Shown here one piece after another: positions 58,843-64,000 of a stretch of 64,000 nt of DNA. Position numbers and translations under genes: made by a program. The notes under the pieces were generated by a model. That model did no database searches and had not been told where the DNA came from. It worked only from the letters and a program-made list of their open reading frames with translations. Within the stretch, counting starts at the first letter, position 1, and each line of letters starts with the position of its first letter. Origin of the DNA: an uncultured Thermoanaerobaculia bacterium (GTDB lineage Bacteria; Acidobacteriota; Thermoanaerobaculia; Multivoradales; J023); assembly GCA_964565225.1 (NCBI GenBank), contig CAZMEL010000007.1, forward strand, positions 439 through 64,438, written 5' to 3'.

Positions 58843-59655
58843 TCAAACCTCGACCCACTCGAGAGAGAGCGACTGGCCCGCCGCGTGCTCACCGAGCAGA
58901 TGCGCACCGATGCGGCGGAAGCGCTCGCCGTTGTCGGTCACGCAGCAGTGCAGCTCGCCCGGTCCCTCGGCGTCCGTTGGTTGCAGCTCCGCCGTGACCC
59001 GCCGAGCAACGCTCTCGGCGGAGTCCACCAGGACCACCTCGGGTCCGCTGATCTGCCGCACGACCTCGGCCAGCACCGGGTAGTGGGTACAGCCGAGCAC
59101 CAGGGTGTCGACTCCCTGCTCCAGCACCGGTCGCAGGTAGCGCTCCGCGATCTGCACGGTGATCGGGTCGTCGCTCCAGCCCTCTTCCACCAGCGGCACG
59201 AAGAGGGGACACGCCTGGGAGACGATCTCGACCTCACCACGGCTCCGCGCACGGATCGCCCGCCCGTAGGCGTCGGAGTCGATGGTGGATTCCGTGCCCA
59301 GCACCCCGATCTTGCCGCGGCTGACGGCCACCGCCGCCTCGGCGCCCGGCCCGACGACTCCCCACACCGGCACACCGGCCGCTCGCAATCCCTGCAGGCC
59401 GAGGGCCGACGCGGTATTGCAGGCCACCACCACACCCTTGACCCCTCGACGCAGCAGGAAATCGACATTCTGCTGCGTGTAGCGGGCCACCGTATCGGGG
59501 CTCTTGGTGCCGTAGGGCAGCCGTGCCGTGTCGCCGAGGTAGAGAATCGACTCCCCCGGAAGGTGGCGCAACAGGGCCGAAACCACTGTCAGGCCGCCGA
59601 CGCCGGAATCGAACACGCCGATCGGTTGCTGCACACGATGCATCGTTCGTTGCAA
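58843..59655 (-). CDS. murI: Glutamate racemase
   Basis: GVFDSGVGG, DTARLPYG, ACNTA and LGCTHY catalytic cysteines. Confidence 0.96.
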   Translation of the reverse strand: MQRTMHRVQQPIGVFDSGVGGLTVVSALLRHLPGESILYLGDTARLPYGTKSPDTVARYTQQNVDFLLRRGVKGVVVACNTASALGLQGLRAAGVPVWGVVGPGAEAAVAVSRGKIGVLGTESTIDSDAYGRAIRARSRGEVEIVSQACPLFVPLVEEGWSDDPITVQIAERYLRPVLEQGVDTLVLGCTHYPVLAEVVRQISGPEVVLVDSAESVARRVTAELQPTDAEGPGELHCCVTDNGERFRRIGAHLLGEHAAGQSLSLEWVEV

Positions 59656-59687
59656 TCTCGCCGTGGGAAGAGAGCCGAGGGCCCGGG

Positions 59688-60281
59688 CTACTGGGCGGAG
59701 ACCGCCAGCAGGCCCGGATTCGGCAACAGGGGTCGAGAGGTATCGATATGGCCGGCGAAGGTGATCGGCTGGCGTCCATCCCAGAGAATCTGCAGGCGCT
59801 CGACCTCGGGAAAGGTCGAGGTCACAGTGTTGACCAGGCTGTAGACCGCGAGCATTTCCCGCGTCGAGCCGGTGACCATCGGGCCCTCACCCTCCGGCGG
59901 TCCGAGATCGAGCACCAGGGTTCCCTGCTCTTCGAGGAGATGTACCGCCTGGACCCGCACTCCGCCGGGCAGGGGCGGGCGCAGGCCATCGGTGGTGGGG
60001 CCGGCCAGGAGCGCCTCGACCACGGTCCGGACCCGCCCTTCCAGGGCACCTTCGGCGGGGATCTCCCGCATCTCCGGGTAGAGGCGATCTCCTTCTCCGG
60101 GGAAGAGGAGCGAGATCTGTTCGGTCTCGCGGTCTTCGGAGAGGGGGAGCGGCTGCTCCTTCTCGGTATCCGTAGCCGGGTTCGTCGAGCTGTCTTCGGA
60201 TGTCTTGCAGGCGACCAGCCAGGAGGAGACGAGACCCAGGGACAGAAGGCCGAGCGCCGTCCATGGGGCGCGGCGCCTCAA
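59688..60281 (-). CDS. GerMN-domain lipoprotein
   Basis: TTG start overlapping the amidase stop; LVAC lipobox; EALLAGP, VYSLVNT, GHID. Confidence 0.85.
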   Translation of the reverse strand: MRRRAPWTALGLLSLGLVSSWLVACKTSEDSSTNPATDTEKEQPLPLSEDRETEQISLLFPGEGDRLYPEMREIPAEGALEGRVRTVVEALLAGPTTDGLRPPLPGGVRVQAVHLLEEQGTLVLDLGPPEGEGPMVTGSTREMLAVYSLVNTVTSTFPEVERLQILWDGRQPITFAGHIDTSRPLLPNPGLLAVSAQ

Positions 60282-61837
60282 AGGTCTTCCTCCGGGGGCT
60301 CGGGCTGCGATTCGATCTGGCGCTTGAAGCGGACGATCGCCCGTACGAGAGAATCCACCAGCTCCGAACGATATTGCGGCCGCTGCAGCTTGCTCTCCTC
60401 GTCCGGATTGCTGAGAAAACCCAGCTCCACCAGCACGGCGGGCATGTTCGCTCCCATCAAGACCCGGAAGGGCGCCTGTTTCACCCCCCGGTCTCGCAGC
60501 CCGAGGGTCTGGTTGAGCTCCTCCTGCACCAGACGGGCGAAACGCTGGCTCTCGGCCAGGTGATACGACTGGGCGAGGTCCCACAAGATCATCTGCAGGT
60601 CGAGCTCGGGGCTCGCCTCACCCGCCGCCTCGTTCTCCGCTTCGGCGGCCGCGGCGGCCAGCTGGTCGCTCGCCTCGCGGCTCAGGAAGTAGGTTTCCGC
60701 GCCGTGGGCCCGGGGGCCGAAAGACGCATTGAAATGCAGCGAGATGAAGAGGTCGGCCTTGTTCTGGTTGGCGATGGAGGTACGGGTCTCGAAGGCCACG
60801 TCGACATCGGTCTCACGGGTCATCACCACCCGCACGGCCAGGCGCCGCTCCAACGCCGCCTTCAGTGACCGGCCCACCTGGAGCGCCAGGTCTTTCTCGG
60901 CGGTGCCGCTCGGGCCGACGGCACCACTCTCCTCGCCACCGTGGCCGGGGTCGAGCACGATGGTCCGGAGCCCGCCGCGAGGCTGCGGTGTTGTCCGGGC
61001 CGCCGACTCGGCCTCGTCGCCGGTCTCGACCCGGGGAAAGATCTCGACGATGAGCCGAATCGCCGGGGACTCCAGCAGGCGAGGCTCGGCCGCCGCAGAT
61101 CCTTCTTTCAGCTGGATCCGGATCCGGTCCGGAGACACGACGATTTCGTCGATCAGGGGATCGGGCTTCGTCGGGCTCCGCGACGGAGCGAGGAGCCGAT
61201 CGCCGGTGAAACGGATCTCCACCGCCCCGGGCAAGACCTCCACTCGGTACCTCGGAACCTGGGAGAGCTCGATCTCCAGGGTGCTGAGCCCGAATTGGTG
61301 AACCAGGTTCAAGGCGATGTCGAGCTGGCGCACGTCCTGGGTCTCGATCTGCAGCTCCAGGAGCCCGGGAATCCACTGGAATCGGAGCCCCAGCTCCTCT
61401 CCGAAAGTCCTCTGGAGGAAATCCAGGGGCACCTTCAGGCCATCGAACCGCTTCAACGGACGCCGGCTCAGGGCGCTGACCGTCTGCTCGCCGCCGGCCC
61501 GAGGCACCCGGACCATCGCCGCTTCGTCCGGCCCGACGATGTACTGGCCGTCTTCGAATTCGAGACTGTTGCTGTCGCCGTAGGGTCCGGTCCGCAACTC
61601 GACGGAGAGCAGGGAAGCGATGGCGGGAAGGTCGAAGAGCGGTCCCTCCGGCGCCATCAGGAATCGCGCCGAGGCGAAGACCTGGCCACCGTAGCGGAGC
61701 CGGGCCGTGCCCGAAGGAAGCACCTCTTCTTCCGCGGTGTCATTCTCGGCCCACACCGAGGAAGGCACATGGCAGAGCGCCAACACCCACAACAAAAGTA
61801 GGCAGGCTGAATGGTGTTTCGCTGTCACTCGCCGCAT
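60278..61837 (-). CDS. N-acetylmuramoyl-L-alanine amidase (Amidase_3)
   Basis: IVLDPGHGG, EK, ISLHFNA, LVELGFLSN; signal peptide. Confidence 0.92.
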   Translation of the reverse strand: MRRVTAKHHSACLLLLWVLALCHVPSSVWAENDTAEEEVLPSGTARLRYGGQVFASARFLMAPEGPLFDLPAIASLLSVELRTGPYGDSNSLEFEDGQYIVGPDEAAMVRVPRAGGEQTVSALSRRPLKRFDGLKVPLDFLQRTFGEELGLRFQWIPGLLELQIETQDVRQLDIALNLVHQFGLSTLEIELSQVPRYRVEVLPGAVEIRFTGDRLLAPSRSPTKPDPLIDEIVVSPDRIRIQLKEGSAAAEPRLLESPAIRLIVEIFPRVETGDEAESAARTTPQPRGGLRTIVLDPGHGGEESGAVGPSGTAEKDLALQVGRSLKAALERRLAVRVVMTRETDVDVAFETRTSIANQNKADLFISLHFNASFGPRAHGAETYFLSREASDQLAAAAAEAENEAAGEASPELDLQMILWDLAQSYHLAESQRFARLVQEELNQTLGLRDRGVKQAPFRVLMGANMPAVLVELGFLSNPDEESKLQRPQYRSELVDSLVRAIVRFKRQIESQPEPPEEDL

Positions 61838-61937
61838 CTGCTCTCCGCATGTACGCCGAGGCTCGGCGTCCGTTCGCTCTCCGGGGGCGCAATCTATCAC
61901 GGGCCCGGTGGAGGACGGAGGAAGGCACAAAAGGGGG

Positions 61938-61966
61938 TTGATTGTCCACCGTACCGCAATTACAAT
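61938..61966 (+). promoter_or_regulatory. Sigma70 promoter for tRNA-Glu, TTGATT-N17-TACAAT
   Basis: Correct spacing, about 40 nt upstream of the tRNA. Confidence 0.7.
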
Positions 61967-62005
61967 AACCGTCCCCAAGGGGGCCGCATCAGCGGTCAGG
62001 TCCGT

Positions 62006-62081
62006 GGCGCATTCGTCTAGGGGTCCAGGACGCCGGCCTCTCACGCCGGTAACACGGGTTCGAATCCCGTATGCGCTACCA
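62006..62081 (+). tRNA. tRNA-Glu (anticodon CTC)
   Basis: 76-nt cloverleaf: GGCGCAT/ATGCGCT acceptor, CCGGC-CTCTCAC-GCCGG anticodon arm, TTCGAAT T-loop, encoded CCA. Confidence 0.97.
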
Positions 62082-62182
62082 CCTCCCCCCCTTCTTCCAA
62101 GGCTCCAAGATCCCGCTGCAGCCTGAACGTTTCAAAATCTGGCATTGCCATGGGCAGAATTCCGTGCTCCTGCATCCGCTTA

Positions 62183-62339
62183 GGGCTCGGAACGGAATAA
62201 GTGTCTCGCCGAGGGTGCTGAGGCGCTCTGCTCGCAAGGCGCGCGACCGAGGCAGACTTGAAGTCTGTCGCAGGGAGCGCAACGCAGCGAGCGGAGATGC
62301 ATCAACGCCCGCAGGAGACACTTGTTTCGTGACGAGCCC
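62183..62339 (+). mobile_element. 157-bp palindromic MITE/REP-like element, TTA (or CTTAG) direct repeats at both ends
   Basis: GGGCTC/GAGCCC ends, 16-bp ACGGAATAAGTGTCTC/GAGACACTTGTTTCGT stem with two G-U pairs, further nested stems. Confidence 0.7.
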
Positions 62340-62565
62340 TTAGGGTCGGCGTAACGCTGTAGCTTCATGAAGATACGGTCTCGCAACAGGAGCCTGGTGC
62401 ATTTTCCAGGTTAGGCATTGCTTTTGAAATCACTCCGAAGAATCCTGCGTCCTTTCCTCCCGAGTCGCGACTACATCTCCGGGAGAGGCGGCACGCGCTC
62501 CGTTGCCGGGCCGGCGGCGGGGTGACGTGCTGCTACCATCGATGGCTGCCGAAGAGACTCGAAAG

Positions 62566-63183
62566 ATGCCGAGAAGAACCATGCCACGATCCGCCGAGGC
62601 CTCGAGCGATTCCGAGCCGCGGGACGGGCTCTCCTGGGAGCCGTTCCTCGACGGCCTCCGGGCCTTCGTCGCCCGCCGGGTTCCTCGCCAGGACTCCGAC
62701 GACGTGACGCAGGAGGTCTTGCTGCGCCTTCACCAGGGCCGGTCCTCCCTGCGTCAGCCCGCCAGAGCGGAAGCCTGGATCTACGGCATCGCTCGCCGCA
62801 CGATCGCCGACTTCTACCGCCGCCGACCGGCGCTCGAAGCCACCGGTTCCGAGACCCCGGAGCCGCCCGCCGAGGCCACCGAAGCTCGCGGCTTCGCCAC
62901 GTTCGCGGGGGACCACGGGCCCCACGAAGAAGTTTTGTCCTGGCTGCGCCCGATGGTCGACGAGCTTCCAGACCTCTATCGAGAGGCTCTCCTGGCCGCC
63001 GATTTCGAGGGCAAGACCCAGCGCCAGATCGCCGAAGAGCTGGGGATGTCGCTCTCCGGGGTCAAGTCGCGAGTGCAACGGGCACGAGCGATGCTCGGCG
63101 AGAATCTGCACCGCTGCTGCGAGGTCGCCCTGGGAGACGATGGCCGGGTGGTCGACTTCTACCGGCGATCCTGCGACTGTTGA
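62566..63183 (+). CDS. sigZ: SigZ-like ECF sigma factor with Cys-rich C-terminus
   Basis: DDVTQEVLLRL, AWIYGIARRTIADFYR, SLSGVKSRVQRAR, tail RCCE..RSCDC. Alternative start at 62581. Confidence 0.82.
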   Translation: MPRRTMPRSAEASSDSEPRDGLSWEPFLDGLRAFVARRVPRQDSDDVTQEVLLRLHQGRSSLRQPARAEAWIYGIARRTIADFYRRRPALEATGSETPEPPAEATEARGFATFAGDHGPHEEVLSWLRPMVDELPDLYREALLAADFEGKTQRQIAEELGMSLSGVKSRVQRARAMLGENLHRCCEVALGDDGRVVDFYRRSCDC

Positions 63184-63234
63184 AAAACATCAGCTCGACA
63201 AAACGAATTCCGGATTCGGCACGTAGGTTCTGGT

Positions 63235-63266
63235 ACAGCTCGGCTCCTTCGGTCGAGCTGTCTTTT
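63235..63266 (+). terminator. Probable intrinsic terminator after sigZ
   Basis: ACAGCTCG / CGAGCTGT stem followed by CTTTT. Confidence 0.6.
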
Positions 63267-63422
63267 CATGCGCTCGTCCATGGGGCCGGCTGCATTCGGC
63301 GGAAGGCCGGCCCCGGCAGCCCGAGGTGACGTCCATCGCCGCGGGCCGCTACATCGCGATCTGTTACCCTCCACCGACTCGGCCGGCAGTGGCGCCGGAA
63401 ACCTCGCCTCGGACTCCCATCG

Positions 63423-64000
63423 ATGAGCACCCATTCTCCAGCGAAACGTCGACGAACAGGCGGCCTGTCGAGGCTTTCTTGCGATCTCTGGATGCTGCCC
63501 CTGGTGGCGTTTCTCGCCAACTTCGGTGAAAACGCCCGGGCCAGCGAATCTTCGAACGACGGGCCCGTGCGTGGCAGGGTCGTCTCCTCCGGTGGGCTGG
63601 CGATCGAGAAGGCCCGGATCACCGCCGTATACGAAGAACGTTCCGTTTTCAGCGACGGCCACGGCCTCTTCCGGCTCGAGAGCTGCGCCCTGCCCTGCCT
63701 CCTGCTCGTCGAGCACCCGCGGTTCCAGCAAGCAGCGATCGAGCTGACCACGGCTCCCGGCGACGGCCTCGAGCTGACCCTCACACCCAAGCAGGCGCTC
63801 TTCGAGCAGATCGACGTGACGGCATCGCGCGGCGGCAACCGAGACACTCTCGCGCCCCTGAGCATCGCATCGACCTCGGTCGAGCCCGAGAGCCTGGCGG
63901 CGGCACCGGCCACCCTCACCGAGCTGGTGGAGAACGCCGCCGGAGTGGCGGAAAACGGCCAGGGCGGACTGTTCCAGGTCTTCTCGATCCGCGGCGTCTC
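63423..64000 (+). CDS. TonB-dependent receptor, N-terminal part (continues beyond the window)
   Basis: Hand-translated open frame to the window edge: signal-like leader, VRGRV carboxypeptidase-regulatory-like domain, IDVTASR, plug-like GVAENGQGGLFQVFSIRG. Confidence 0.8.
   Translation, partial: MSTHSPAKRRRTGGLSRLSCDLWMLPLVAFLANFGENARASESSNDGPVRGRVVSSGGLAIEKARITAVYEERSVFSDGHGLFRLESCALPCLLLVEHPRFQQAAIELTTAPGDGLELTLTPKQALFEQIDVTASRGGNRDTLAPLSIASTSVEPESLAAAPATLTELVENAAGVAENGQGGLFQVFSIRGV

Noticed and set aside
62130-62429. Outer inverted repeat (TTTCAAAA..GGCATTGC / GGCATTGC-TTTTGAAA) suggesting a 300-bp element around the MITE
   Set aside because: Only 8-bp matches with unequal spacing and no target duplication; could be chance. 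Sigma54 spacing (GG-N10-GC) also fails at both GGCATTGC sites.
63270-63422. Cobalamin riboswitch ahead of the TonB receptor
   Set aside because: The conserved B12-box and GGGAA..GCCACTG/CCCGC elements are not visible.
62082-64000. Genomic island integrated at tRNA-Glu
   Set aside because: No integrase, no duplicated tRNA 3' end within the window, and no obvious compositional shift in the downstream genes.
1-64000. CRISPR array, prophage or anti-phage defence island
   Set aside because: No regularly spaced direct repeats, cas, phage structural or restriction genes were seen; vapBC is the only toxin module.

Overview
GC-rich bacterial chromosomal segment (GC roughly two-thirds by eye, not computed) with about 60 genes, one tRNA-Glu(CTC), and no CRISPR array, prophage or transposase. 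The gene content (ECF/anti-sigma pairs, DUF4388 receiver protein, alternative complex III subunits, amidase-GerMN-murI-rph, TonB receptor with an N-terminal carboxypeptidase-like domain) suggests Acidobacteriota, possibly Thermoanaerobaculia; this is an inference. Left to right: lon (partial), arcB-arcC-CBS, PlpD-like patatin/beta-barrel, isochorismatase-aminotransferase-nitrilase, ECF/anti-sigma/PDZ/TlpA, tex, vapBC, ECF/anti-sigma-vWA, adenosine deaminase, a JAB-like/CysO/MoeZ/CysM sulfur-carrier cysteine operon, CPA2 antiporter, secreted PPase, AhbD-like radical SAM with hemY, actC-actD-actF, a polyphosphate cluster (CHAD, HhH with Lys-rich tail, ppx, sixA, ppk1, CYTH, orphan ParA), mpl, OmpA, kynU-kynA, rph-murI-GerMN-amidase, tRNA-Glu, SigZ-like ECF and a partial TonB receptor. 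Best leads: (1) a complete predicted cysteine-sensing, ribosome-mediated transcription attenuator ahead of the cysteine operon (TTGACA/TATAAC promoter, 33-aa leader with 7 Cys, mutually exclusive hairpins, U-tailed terminator); (2) the first gene of that operon is a JAMM protein lacking its zinc ligands, although the sulfur carrier has a GG-GR tail that needs trimming; (3) a polyP cluster with an orphan ParA and a histone-H1-like protein, whose ppk1 has an in-frame deletion of about 38 aa spanning the catalytic His; (4) two ~157-bp palindromic elements sharing a covarying 53-nt core. All protein assignments come from motif recognition by eye, with no database searches.
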